Below, piece by piece: positions 39,914 through 49,186 of a stretch of DNA of 64,000 bases. Position numbers and translations under genes: made by a program. The first letter of the stretch is position 1; each line of letters begins with the position of its first letter. The notes under the pieces are model-generated. The model saw nothing but the letters and a program-made list of their open reading frames with translations. It was not told where the DNA came from and did no database searches. This DNA comes from Chloroflexota bacterium (GTDB lineage Bacteria > Chloroflexota > Anaerolineae > DUEN01). The DNA is taken from positions 5,034 through 69,033 of the forward strand of contig JAADGJ010000061.1 of NCBI GenBank assembly GCA_013152435.1, written 5' to 3'.

Positions 39914-41032
39914 ATGGTGATTATGGGGACCGCAAACAGACTGTACGAGCAGCCACTCACCATGGAGGTCGCCCGCATGGCCGCTTTCGGCGGCGCGGTG
40001 TTGGGCGGCGGTGGCGGCGGTGACATCGAGAATGGGCTTCAGCTGGCGCAACTGGCGCTGGAGATGGGACAGCCGCGCGTCCTGCCGGCGGATTCGCTGG
40101 CGAACGACGTGCTCGTCGTGACCGTCTCCGCGGTGGGGGCCCCGGCCGCGTCGGAGCAGTTCATCAAGCCGATCGATTACGTGGACGCCTTGAACCTCTT
40201 GCAGGAGCACATGGACAAGCCGGTGGGCGGGCTCATTACGAATGAAAACGGCGGCATGGCCACCGTCAACGGCTGGCTGCAATCGGCGCTTTCAGGCCTG
40301 CCCGTGGTGGATTGCCCGTGCAACGGCCGCGCACATCCCACCGGGCTGATGGGGGCGATGGGGCTGGACGAGCTTCCGAACTATGTCTCTCGCCAGGCGG
40401 CGGTGGGTGGTAACCCTCATGCCGGTCGTCGGGTGCGGCTGTATGTGGAGGGCGATCTACGTCGCGCGGCGCGATTGGTGCGCCAGGCCGCGGTGGAGGC
40501 GGGCGGCCTGGTAGGGGTGGCCCGCAATCCGGTCACCATGGCGTATGCGCGGGAGCATGGCGCGCCGGGAGCGCTGGCCCGGGCAGTGGAGGTCGGCCAG
40601 GCCCTGTTGGCGGCGTCCGATCCGGAGGCCGCGGCGCAGGCGGTGGCGGAGACGTTGGGCGGGCGGATCGTCGCTCGCGCCCGGGTTGCCCGGGTGGACC
40701 TGGTCACCCGAGGGGGGTTCGATGTCGGGACCGTGTACCTGGAGGACGATCTGCAGCTGACCTTCTGGAACGAGTACATGACCCTGGACCGCCGGGGGGA
40801 GCGATTGGGGACCTTCCCCGATCTCATCGCCACGCTGGCGGCTGACGAATCCCGGCCGTTGTCCTCGGCGGAGGTGAAGGAGGGGCAGGAGATCTTCGTG
40901 TTGCACGTCCCGCGCTCCCGTCTGCGGTTGGGGTCGGGGATGAGGCGGCCCAACCTGCTGCGGGCGGCGGAGGAGGCGGTCGGCCGACCGCTGGTCTCGT
41001 TCGTGTTCCCCGAGGAGAACTCTGAGCGCTGA
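39914..41032 (+). CDS. DUF917-like protein (glycine-rich GGGGGG loop)
   Basis: AFGGAVLGGGGGGD motif and size (~370 aa) typical of DUF917. Recalled, not searched. Confidence 0.4.
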   Translation: MVIMGTANRLYEQPLTMEVARMAAFGGAVLGGGGGGDIENGLQLAQLALEMGQPRVLPADSLANDVLVVTVSAVGAPAASEQFIKPIDYVDALNLLQEHMDKPVGGLITNENGGMATVNGWLQSALSGLPVVDCPCNGRAHPTGLMGAMGLDELPNYVSRQAAVGGNPHAGRRVRLYVEGDLRRAARLVRQAAVEAGGLVGVARNPVTMAYAREHGAPGALARAVEVGQALLAASDPEAAAQAVAETLGGRIVARARVARVDLVTRGGFDVGTVYLEDDLQLTFWNEYMTLDRRGERLGTFPDLIATLAADESRPLSSAEVKEGQEIFVLHVPRSRLRLGSGMRRPNLLRAAEEAVGRPLVSFVFPEENSER

Positions 41033-41156
41033 TTGGATCAGAAGCACCTGATCGGGAATCCCAGGACGAACCGGCTTCCATTTCCAGTAGGGACGCCGGA
41101 GGATTTCCTGGAATGGTATCGGAGGCAGTTCGCGGAATCAGGTTGAGGGGGGATCT

Positions 41157-42098
41157 GTGACGCTCAAGCAGGCTATAGAAGCGTATGAGCTGTTGGACAG
41201 CGCGCTTGTGGACGGCGATCATGTGGCGGCCCTATTGCATAACCGAGGGCTGACGGTGGAGACGTTCACCGTGGAGGGCGATAGGGGGCGCACGGACTTC
41301 GTTCGGGCCGTCCTGTACGGGGAGCGGGGAAAGCGGACCGGCGGAGATGCCCCCACATTGGGCATCATCGGCCGGTTGGGTGGCATCGGCGCCCGGCCGA
41401 CGGCTCTGGGGCTGGTGTCGGACGCGGATGGGGCGATCACGGCCATCACCTGCGCGCTGAAGCTGGCCGATCTGTGCCGCGCGGGCGATCGCTTGCCGGG
41501 CGACGTGGTCATTGCCACCCACATCTGCCCGCACGCTCCGACGGAGCCGCACGAGCCGGTGCCGTTCATGGGCTCACCGGTGGATATCGCCACCATGAAC
41601 CGGCACGAGGTCGCCGATGAGATGGACGCCATCCTGTGCATTGACACCACCCGGGGGAATTGGGTCATCAATCAGCGCGGCTTCGCTATCTCCCCCACGG
41701 TGATGCAGGGATGGATCCTGAAGGTGAGCGCCGATCTGCTGCGCATCATGTCCTACGTCACCGGGCGACCTCCGGTGGTCTTCCCGCTGAGCATGCAGGA
41801 CATCACCCCCTATGGCAACGGTGTGGATCATCTGAACAGCATCCTGCAGCCGGCGACGGCGACGGACGCTCCGGTGGTGGGCGTGGCGCTGACGGCGGAG
41901 ATACCGGTACCGGGGTGTGCGACGGGTGCCAGCCAGATCGTTGATATCGAGGCCGCCGCCCGGTTCTGCGTGGAGGTGGCCAAGGCGTTCACGCGCGGGG
42001 AGTGCCAGTTCTACGATCCGGACGAGTTCCGACGCCTGGTCGCCCTTTACGGCGAGATGCGCCATCTGCAGACCATGGGGCGCGAGGATGCGGCGTGA
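41157..42098 (+). CDS. DUF1177-like protein
   Basis: ~313 aa. Its position between DUF917-like and AroM-like genes matches a recurrent DUF917/DUF1177/AroM neighbourhood. GTG start with a GAGGGGGG RBS. Confidence 0.35.
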   Translation: MTLKQAIEAYELLDSALVDGDHVAALLHNRGLTVETFTVEGDRGRTDFVRAVLYGERGKRTGGDAPTLGIIGRLGGIGARPTALGLVSDADGAITAITCALKLADLCRAGDRLPGDVVIATHICPHAPTEPHEPVPFMGSPVDIATMNRHEVADEMDAILCIDTTRGNWVINQRGFAISPTVMQGWILKVSADLLRIMSYVTGRPPVVFPLSMQDITPYGNGVDHLNSILQPATATDAPVVGVALTAEIPVPGCATGASQIVDIEAAARFCVEVAKAFTRGECQFYDPDEFRRLVALYGEMRHLQTMGREDAA

Positions 42099-42769
42099 TG
42101 GCAAGGCCTTCTGTGTTGGGGCTCCTCACCATCGGGCAATCGCCCCGGGATGACGTGTTGCCGCAGGTCCTCCCGCATCTGCCGTCGGATGTGCGTATCA
42201 TCCAGGCGGGCGCGCTGGACGATCTGACGGACGAGGAGATCGCCGCTCTGGCGCCCGGCCCGGGCGATTACGTCCTCACGTCGCGGCTGCGGGACGGCCG
42301 CGCGGTGACGATGGCGCGGGAGAGGATCCTGCCGCTGATGCAGGCGCGCATCGAGGCGTTGGAGGCCCAGGGCGCCAATCCGATCTTCATCCTTTGCACG
42401 GGTGAGTTCCCGCCGTTTCGCTCTCGAGCGCTGCTGGTGGAGCCGGAGAAGATGCTGCCGGCTGTCGTGCGCGGCCTGACGGTGCGTCGGCTGGGCGTGA
42501 TCGCACCGCTGCCCGAGCAGCTTGATGCCATGCAGGAGAAGTGGCGTCCGGTATGCGCCGATCTGGCGGTGGCGGCCGGATCGCCCTATGGCCCTAAGGA
42601 ACGGGTCGTCGAGGCCGCGCTGTCCCTGCGAGGGCGGACGGTGGATCTCGTCGTGATGGATTGCATCGGCTATACGGAGGCGCATCGGGCCCTGGTGCGG
42701 GAGCAGGTCGACCGGCCGGTGATGCTGGCGTCGGCCGCGGCCGCACGCGTGGTGGGGGCGCTGCTTTGA
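42098..42769 (+). CDS. AroM-family protein
   Basis: Start reassigned to the ATG at 42098, overlapping the upstream stop (TGATG). LGLLTIGQSPRDDVLP and DCIGYT motifs resemble AroM. Confidence 0.45.
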   Translation: MARPSVLGLLTIGQSPRDDVLPQVLPHLPSDVRIIQAGALDDLTDEEIAALAPGPGDYVLTSRLRDGRAVTMARERILPLMQARIEALEAQGANPIFILCTGEFPPFRSRALLVEPEKMLPAVVRGLTVRRLGVIAPLPEQLDAMQEKWRPVCADLAVAAGSPYGPKERVVEAALSLRGRTVDLVVMDCIGYTEAHRALVREQVDRPVMLASAAAARVVGALL

Positions 42770-42904
42770 GAAGCCTCCAAGAGACGCAAACGGGGAGGCT
42801 CTTTCCTCCCTCATGAGGGGCTTCGGCCAGCATGAAACGTTTCCAGTGCCATTCGCATCTTCGTGGTGAATGAGTCAACGCACTCTCAACCCTCTGGGTG
42901 GTGG

Positions 42905-42943
42905 ATCAGGAGCCGGGGTCTTTGGAGGACTCCGGCTCCTGAT
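42905..42943. promoter_or_regulatory. perfect 12-bp inverted repeat ATCAGGAGCCGG-N15-CCGGCTCCTGAT (hairpin or protein-binding site) downstream of the AroM-like gene
   Basis: Seen directly in the sequence. No U-tract follows it. Confidence 0.3.
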
Positions 42944-43322
42944 TCGCGTGATGCCGCTTCCATCTGTTCGTCTCGGATAGGCTTCTGATCCGACATAAAT
43001 CGGTTGGGTCGATGCAGATGTTACCCGAGATAGGATCGCATCTTCGGGCATAAACCGACAGGAAGTTGTGCCTCGCGTCGCTCCACGGCCGGATGCTCAA
43101 TGACGGCCCTCATCCCCCAGGCCCCCTTCTCCCGGGTTCGAGAGAAGGGGGCTCAACGGTAGAACACCTATGTTGCTTTTAAGCCTCCGGCCTGCGAATG
43201 TGCCGGAAAGCTATCACCACCCAGGGCTGGATGATCAACTGCGTGGGATAAACGTAAGGCCGTCCCCGACGACGCTGCCGATATTCGCTTGTGAAGGCAC
43301 TTGATCAACCAGAGAAAGCAAC

Positions 43323-43351
43323 CTGACAAGAAGGGCATTCCGTGATATCAT
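43323..43351 (+). promoter_or_regulatory. sigma70-like promoter CTGACA-17-TATCAT upstream of the SARP-family regulator gene
   Basis: Followed by a ~220-nt leader containing two strong GC hairpins. Confidence 0.35.
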
Positions 43352-43574
43352 GGGGCTGCCTCCGGTAGGTGGGGTTGAGCACCACGAACCTACCGAGGTG
43401 GCCGCGCCCCGTCAAGTGGGCGCGGCTCGATTTATGACCAGGTCTCGATTCAGTGACCCTGCTCACAACAAGCGTTAAGGATCGAGCAAACCGAAGCACT
43501 TTGGCCGTCAGCCGATCAGACTGTATGATCCGAGATCGCCTCACGAGCCAGGTGGATGTTGGGGAGATAACACT

Positions 43575-46500
43575 GTGCCGAATATTCGCATTCAGGCCTT
43601 GGGCGCTTTCAGTATGTGGCGAGACAGTATCGCGGTTCCCGATGAAGCCTGGCCTACATCAAAGAGCAAGCAGCTCTTCAAAATCTTACTCACCGAGCGG
43701 GGTCATCTTGTTTCGGCAGACCGGCTCATTGAGTATCTCTGGCCCGATCTGCCGCTTAAAAAAGCCCGGAACAATCTATGGGTAACGGTAAGTCAAGCGC
43801 GGCGTGTGTTGCAGCCTGATTTGCCGCCACGGACTCGCTCTGCTTATATCATCAAGCGCGATGAAGGTTATCTGTTTGATCCCCACAGCGACCACTGGCT
43901 GGACGTGGACGCTTTCAGCGATTACCTTCAGACGGCACAACAGGCAGCAGACCCGACCATCCGTATTGAAGCCCTGGAAAAAGCGCGGCACCTTTACCAG
44001 GGCGATTTCCTTGAGGATGACCCCTACGCAGAATGGGCGCTGGCCCCCCGCGATCGGTTACGAGAACAGTATCTAAACCTGCTGGCCGATTTGGCCGAAA
44101 CCTATGCGCAGCAAGAGCAATACCGCCAGGCTATTGGATTGTGTCGCCAAAGTCTCGCCCTCGAAAACAGCCGCGAATCCACCTATCGCCAATTGATGCT
44201 ATACCTCTATTGCACTGGTGAACAACCCGCCGCCCTGCAACTGTACGATGAGGTATGCCAGGTAATGCGGGAGGAAATCGGTGTTGAACCGGCCCCGGAA
44301 ACGAGCAACCTCTTTCACCAGATTCAACGGCGTCAGGTAGTCGGGGTGGACGAAAAGAAGGTCTACCCGCGCTCGGCATCGACGCACATCAGCACTCATT
44401 CGTTGAGGCAAACACCATTTGTAGGCCGCGCCCGGGAATACGGCCAATTGACCGCCATGGTCAACCAGGCCAACCAGGGCAACGGCTGTGTTGTCTTTGT
44501 CGGTGGTGAGCCGGGCATCGGTAAAAGCCGCCTGATGCGGGAGACGGCTATGTTCGCCGGCAAAGAGGGCTTTACCACGCTCTTTGTCCATAGTTACCAG
44601 GTAGAACAGGCCATGCTTTACCAACCCCTGGTAGACCTGGTCCGACATATCAACGAGACATGGCCGGAGCAAATTGCCGGCCTCCCCACCGTATGGCTCA
44701 GGGAAATCGCTGCACTGGTACCGGAAATTGCCGGCACCGCCACAGGTCAGGCCATTGTCCCCGCCAAAACAGACGAAAACCAGCAGGGACGGCTCTTTCA
44801 AGCCATCGTGCATTTGTTGTCGGCCATCGCCGGAGAAAATGGCCTTATGCTCAACGTGGATGACATCCACTGGGCCGATACAGCGACGCTCCAATTTCTC
44901 CACTATCTGGCCCGGCGTGTGTCTGGCGAACGGATATTGCTGGCCTGTACCTACCGCCACGAGGAAGTGACGGCCGATGAACACCTGGCCGCGCTCATTC
45001 ATCATCTCCAACGCGAGCCGCACGTGACCTTCATCTCCTTAAACCGCCTGTCAAGCACAGACATTGATGAACTGCTGGGCGCTCTGGAAACCGTGCCCAC
45101 TACCTGGAGTGAATGGCTCTATAGCGAAACAAGTGGCAACCCATTCTTTCTTGTTTCTATCCTTCAATTGTTGCAGGAACAGGGGGATTTGGGGAAAACC
45201 GCGCCGGCTGACATTCTCTCGACAGAGATCACCTTACCGGAGGCCATTCAGGAGTCGGTGCGGGGACGCTTGCGACAGGCAACGCAGTTGGAGCAACAGG
45301 TGCTGGGCTGGATGGCTGTTTTTGGTCGCAATTTCAGTTTTGCCACGCTGCAAGCCATCACCGGCCAGAGCCAGTTGGATCTGCTGAAGGTGGTAGAGAG
45401 CCTGCTGCAGCGGCAATTGTGGCAGGAAACGGCAGATGGTTACGACTTTAGCCACCACAAAATTCGCGAAGTGGTCTACCACGACCTGAGCGGGGCGCGT
45501 CGAGTTGTGTACCATGGCCAAATTGCAGAGATGCTGGCGCAATCGGCTGAGGACCGCCCGGCACTCTTGGCCCATCATTTTGAACGGGCCGGGAACACGG
45601 GACAGGCCCTGGCCTATTGGTTGCGGGCGGGCGAGAAGGCCCTCGACGCCTACGCCCTGCAACAGGCTGTTCGTCACTATGAGCGGGCCTTGGCCTTAGC
45701 GGAAGGGGCAGCCGACGAGATGGATGCCTACGAAGGGCTGGGCCGGGCCTTCATGTTGCTGGATGAGGTGGCTCAGGCTACGACCGTGTTGCAGCAAGGC
45801 ATCCAACTGGCGGAAGCGCAAGAAGATGACAGCCGTTATGCTCGCCTGTTGTTTGCGCGGGCCCAGCTTGCCAACCGGCAGCACAAAGTTACCACCAACT
45901 ACGTGCGCGCCGCGTTGTCTGCCGCCGAGCGAGCGGGCGATCTGGCTCTGGTCGCTCAAAATCTGCTGCTGCTTACTGAAATCTATGAAGGCCAGGGGGT
46001 TCTTGACAATGCCCTGGCCACCATTACCCGGGCCCAAACCATCAGCGACGAGTTGGGCGATGTCCACCTGGCAGCCCGTATCCGCAATGAGATTGGCTTT
46101 GTCCACACCCAGCGTGGCGAGTTCGCCGAGGCCATCGATATCGTAAAGCAGGCTCTAGAACCGTTAGCCCAGCTCGAAGACCGGATGTCACTGGCCTATT
46201 CCTGGAATCTGTTGGGACGCGCCTACGGCGGGTATGGTGACTACCAGCAAGCCATCGAGTCCTTTCAGCGCAGCCGGGTGGAAGCAGGAGCGGTCGGCGA
46301 CGGCTACCTCATTGTCCAGACACCCAATATGTTGGGCTGGCTGTACCGTGAATTGTGTGCCTTTGAACAGGCCCTGCAATTTGACCAGGAGGGGGTTGCC
46401 GTGGCCCAGGAGTGGGCTAAGGAGCCGCCGGAAGTTAGCGCCCGGCTCAATGTCTGTCTGGATGTGCTACACCTGGGCGAACCGGACCGGGCCTTGGGGA

Positions 46501-47003
46501 TGTTGGCCCAAATTCAGGAGCGGATCGACGCCGGGGTGTTTGGTTTCCACGCCTGGCGCTGGCGGCTGCGCATACTCCACGCGCGGGGGTTGTGTTTGCT
46601 GGCCATAAACCAACCCGCTGCTGTGCTCTCGCTGGTGGAGGAGGGTTTGACGCTAGCGGAGTCGGCCACGGTGCGCAAGTATGTTGCCCTCTACCATGGG
46701 TTAACAGGTTTGGCTCTGGCCAGGTTAGAGCGAACGGCCGACGCCATCAGCGAACTAGAAACCGCTGTGCAGTTGGCCGATGCCATCCACTATCAACCCC
46801 TTTGCTGGCAAGGTCGCGCCCATTTGGCGGCCTTGTATATCGATGTTGAGCGTCCTCAAGACGCCAAAACAAGCTTAACCGTTGCCCATCAAATCATTCG
46901 GCACATCGCCGATCACCTCACCGATGAAATCCTCCGAAATACCTTCTTAAATGCTGTGCCGGTGCAAGCAATTATCCGGCAACATGATAACTTAATATCT
47001 TGA
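43575..47003 (+). CDS. AfsR/SARP-family regulator: N-terminal wHTH + BTAD, central NB-ARC/AAA ATPase, C-terminal TPR array (STAND NTPase)
   Basis: The N-terminal 250 aa match the SARP DNA-binding/BTAD pattern (ALGAFSMWRD..., LLTERGHLVSADRLIEYLWPD, LYQGDFLEDDPYAEWA). Walker A VVFVGGEPGIGKSRL. Then a long TPR-like repeat region. GTG start with a GGGGAG RBS. GC is clearly lower than in the flanking genes. Confidence 0.8.
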   Translation: MPNIRIQALGAFSMWRDSIAVPDEAWPTSKSKQLFKILLTERGHLVSADRLIEYLWPDLPLKKARNNLWVTVSQARRVLQPDLPPRTRSAYIIKRDEGYLFDPHSDHWLDVDAFSDYLQTAQQAADPTIRIEALEKARHLYQGDFLEDDPYAEWALAPRDRLREQYLNLLADLAETYAQQEQYRQAIGLCRQSLALENSRESTYRQLMLYLYCTGEQPAALQLYDEVCQVMREEIGVEPAPETSNLFHQIQRRQVVGVDEKKVYPRSASTHISTHSLRQTPFVGRAREYGQLTAMVNQANQGNGCVVFVGGEPGIGKSRLMRETAMFAGKEGFTTLFVHSYQVEQAMLYQPLVDLVRHINETWPEQIAGLPTVWLREIAALVPEIAGTATGQAIVPAKTDENQQGRLFQAIVHLLSAIAGENGLMLNVDDIHWADTATLQFLHYLARRVSGERILLACTYRHEEVTADEHLAALIHHLQREPHVTFISLNRLSSTDIDELLGALETVPTTWSEWLYSETSGNPFFLVSILQLLQEQGDLGKTAPADILSTEITLPEAIQESVRGRLRQATQLEQQVLGWMAVFGRNFSFATLQAITGQSQLDLLKVVESLLQRQLWQETADGYDFSHHKIREVVYHDLSGARRVVYHGQIAEMLAQSAEDRPALLAHHFERAGNTGQALAYWLRAGEKALDAYALQQAVRHYERALALAEGAADEMDAYEGLGRAFMLLDEVAQATTVLQQGIQLAEAQEDDSRYARLLFARAQLANRQHKVTTNYVRAALSAAERAGDLALVAQNLLLLTEIYEGQGVLDNALATITRAQTISDELGDVHLAARIRNEIGFVHTQRGEFAEAIDIVKQALEPLAQLEDRMSLAYSWNLLGRAYGGYGDYQQAIESFQRSRVEAGAVGDGYLIVQTPNMLGWLYRELCAFEQALQFDQEGVAVAQEWAKEPPEVSARLNVCLDVLHLGEPDRALGMLAQIQERIDAGVFGFHAWRWRLRILHARGLCLLAINQPAAVLSLVEEGLTLAESATVRKYVALYHGLTGLALARLERTADAISELETAVQLADAIHYQPLCWQGRAHLAALYIDVERPQDAKTSLTVAHQIIRHIADHLTDEILRNTFLNAVPVQAIIRQHDNLIS

Positions 47004-47164
47004 TTGCCGTTTTATTTATCCCCCGCTTGATAAATCCTATTTAGTCCCCATTAAGTCGCGTCTTCTATAATTGGGTCAAGTTCAATCAAACGCAGGGCAT
47101 CTTCTCAGGAATCCCGAGATCGAGAAGATTACTCAACCATTCAACCATCAAACTGGAGAAGGAG

Positions 47165-47818
47165 ATGGCTGTGACGAATATCAAACAATCTGCCGAGAAT
47201 GCGGCATTAACCCTAAATCATGTTGCGCTCGCCAAGCACAAAGGAGTAAATGCACCTCATCCGCTCGTAACCCAAATCCGTTTTGCTCGCAGTGAATTTG
47301 CTCGCTGTTTAGATGGGCTCTCTGATAAAGACGCTCGCCATCGCATTATGCCCATGAACTGCATAAGTTGGATGGTTGGCCATCTGGCAGCCCAAGAGCA
47401 ATACTATTTTGTGTTTTTCCCCCAGGGTGAAGTGCCACACCCCCAATTGAATAAACTGGTCGGCTTCGGCCATCCCGCGTCGACGCCGCCCCTGGCCGAG
47501 ATGTGGCAAATCTGGCACGACATCACCCGAGCCGCGGATGCTTTCCTGGATGCGCTAACCACGGAACAATTGTTGATGCATCTGGAGCAGGAGATTGACG
47601 GATTTGAAGGCTCCTTATTCGGGACGGCCAGCAAGAAGGTTTTGGCACAAAGTAGTGTCCGCTCAAGTGAAAGCGTGGGCACCAGGATGCTTCGCACGAT
47701 CTATCATTACTTTTTTCACACGGGCGAAGCCCATGCCATTCGCCAGCAATTAGGACACCCGGATTTGCCGTATTTTGTAGGAGATATGGAGGCGGCTGTT
47801 TACCAGGGTCATCCCTGA
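47165..47818 (+). CDS. DinB/YfiT-like (DinB_2) family protein
   Basis: Four-helix-bundle DinB-type motifs (MVGHLAAQEQYY, HTGEAHAIRQQLG). RBS AAGGAG. Lower-GC codon usage like the SARP gene. Confidence 0.45.
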   Translation: MAVTNIKQSAENAALTLNHVALAKHKGVNAPHPLVTQIRFARSEFARCLDGLSDKDARHRIMPMNCISWMVGHLAAQEQYYFVFFPQGEVPHPQLNKLVGFGHPASTPPLAEMWQIWHDITRAADAFLDALTTEQLLMHLEQEIDGFEGSLFGTASKKVLAQSSVRSSESVGTRMLRTIYHYFFHTGEAHAIRQQLGHPDLPYFVGDMEAAVYQGHP

Positions 47819-47835
47819 TCCTATCACAGCCAAGA

Positions 47836-48215
47836 TGTCTAAGGGGTCTCCCTCAATCACCAACTCCACAGGGGATGGTGGTGGAGGGGATCGCCCCTCC
47901 ACGGAAAACCCCACTTTTCCTGCCTGCACCTGCCTTTCTCGGTCCTTTCCGAAGGGCCCAGGCCGAGGCCAGGCAGGTTGAAGGCAGAAGAAGGGCTTTT
48001 TCCGGGGGGGCGGTAGCCCCTCCGAAGAAGCCTATTTTCAGCCCCTCACCTGCCCCGTGGGGCCGGAGGCCACCGGCCAAAGCCCCAACCAGGCAGGGAA
48101 AAGGCGAGAGAAAGCGTTTTTCTGCGGAGGGGCTTCCCCTCGGAGGGGCTTCCCCTCCGCACCTCCCCTTTCGGGTGTGACCGCCCGTGGAGGGGAAAAG
48201 CGACAGGCGGGGGCC
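47836..48215 (+). repeat. copy C (longest) of the dispersed multi-hairpin repeat family
   Basis: Same orientation as copy D. Contains GGTGGAGGGGATCGCCCCTCCAC and a tandem duplication GGAGGGGCTTCCCCTC x2 (48126-48157). The overlapping ORFs 47875..48180 and 48046..48375 are rejected. Confidence 0.55.
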
Positions 48216-48420
48216 TCGCCCACGCTGTTCCGTTGATGCGAATAGGGCGCCCCACCGGGTCGCCCTTATCCGAAACGAATGGCGCGGCCCATGTTTCTTT
48301 CACCACGCGAAGATCAATAACTGAAAGAGGAGCGAAAATGTCGGTGATACACATCAAAGGATCTGTCAAACGCATAGGATGAGATCAATCGTCGCATTGG
48401 CTTTCGCAAGGAGATGAGAG

Positions 48421-48660
48421 ATGATCAGATGGAGCGACGTCCGAGGGAGGCAGGAGCACTACAGGGAACTGGTACGCGAGGCAGAGGAGTATCGTCTCGC
48501 GCAGCAGGCCATAAACGGATCGGGAGGATATGACTCTCCTCTTCGTGCCGCGTTCGTATCGTTGAGATCTCTATTGGGAAAAACCATTTGGCAACGCAAT
48601 GCATACCTTCGACAGGTAACCAAGGCTATGCACGCTGCCTGGTTCTCACTCAAACTCTAG
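48421..48660 (+). CDS. small hypothetical protein (79 aa)
   Basis: AAGGAG RBS 7 nt upstream of the ATG. Sits in the low-GC stretch and has no recognisable family. Confidence 0.3.
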   Translation: MIRWSDVRGRQEHYRELVREAEEYRLAQQAINGSGGYDSPLRAAFVSLRSLLGKTIWQRNAYLRQVTKAMHAAWFSLKL

Positions 48661-48912
48661 CTATCGGACACTTTTGAGTGGGCGATGGCCCCTGTCCTCT
48701 GATATGCTGATTGCCAAACCCATCAGCGTCAGAGGGACAGGATGGCCATCATCCACCTACATCGTGCCGTATTGGACGGGGTCCGACGGCTTCGACCCAA
48801 CGAGCGCGTGACACGGGTACGAAACATGGGCTGGTGAATGGCAAGGATCTTCATGGCCCGCAGTATGCATCTGAGCCATATCGCTCGAGGGCTCCCGGGT
48901 CCCAGCCAGAAG

Positions 48913-49104
48913 CTAGCGGTTGTCCCGCCTACTCCACAATGCGCACGTCCACGCCAACAATGCCCCCTCATGAGCAGCAACCCATTGCCCTATCCCGTAG
49001 GGTGTGCTCTCACCAAGAAGAATCCCAAGAGCAATCAAGACCAGAATGAGCTCCCAGGCATGCCGTTTCCCTCGCACTTGCCGGGGATCCGGAACCCCTT
49101 TCAA
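48913..49104 (-). pseudogene. N-terminal fragment (~63 aa) of an ISAs1-family transposase (DDE_Tnp_1-associated domain): an IS remnant
   Basis: VPDPRQVRGKRHAWELILVLIALGILLGESTPYGIGQWVAAHEGAL matches the ISAs1/H-repeat transposase N-terminal pattern PDxRQ..K.H.L.DIL.L.I.A...G......I..F...H. The ORF stops after 63 aa and no DDE core follows. Confidence 0.45.
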
Positions 49105-49186
49105 CGCTTCTACAAGCGTGTTCTATTCATGTAGAACCATCGGCCCGCTCCTCCTTCAATGTGTTCTTTTCCAAGGGCGTGTCTGA

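Noticed and set aside
43120-43175. tRNA-like fragments (GGGTTCGAGAG, GCTCAACGGTAGAAC) that might mark a tRNA or an att site at the island edge
   Set aside because: The T-loop-like and D-loop-like elements are in the wrong order and the stems do not pair. No cloverleaf can be drawn.
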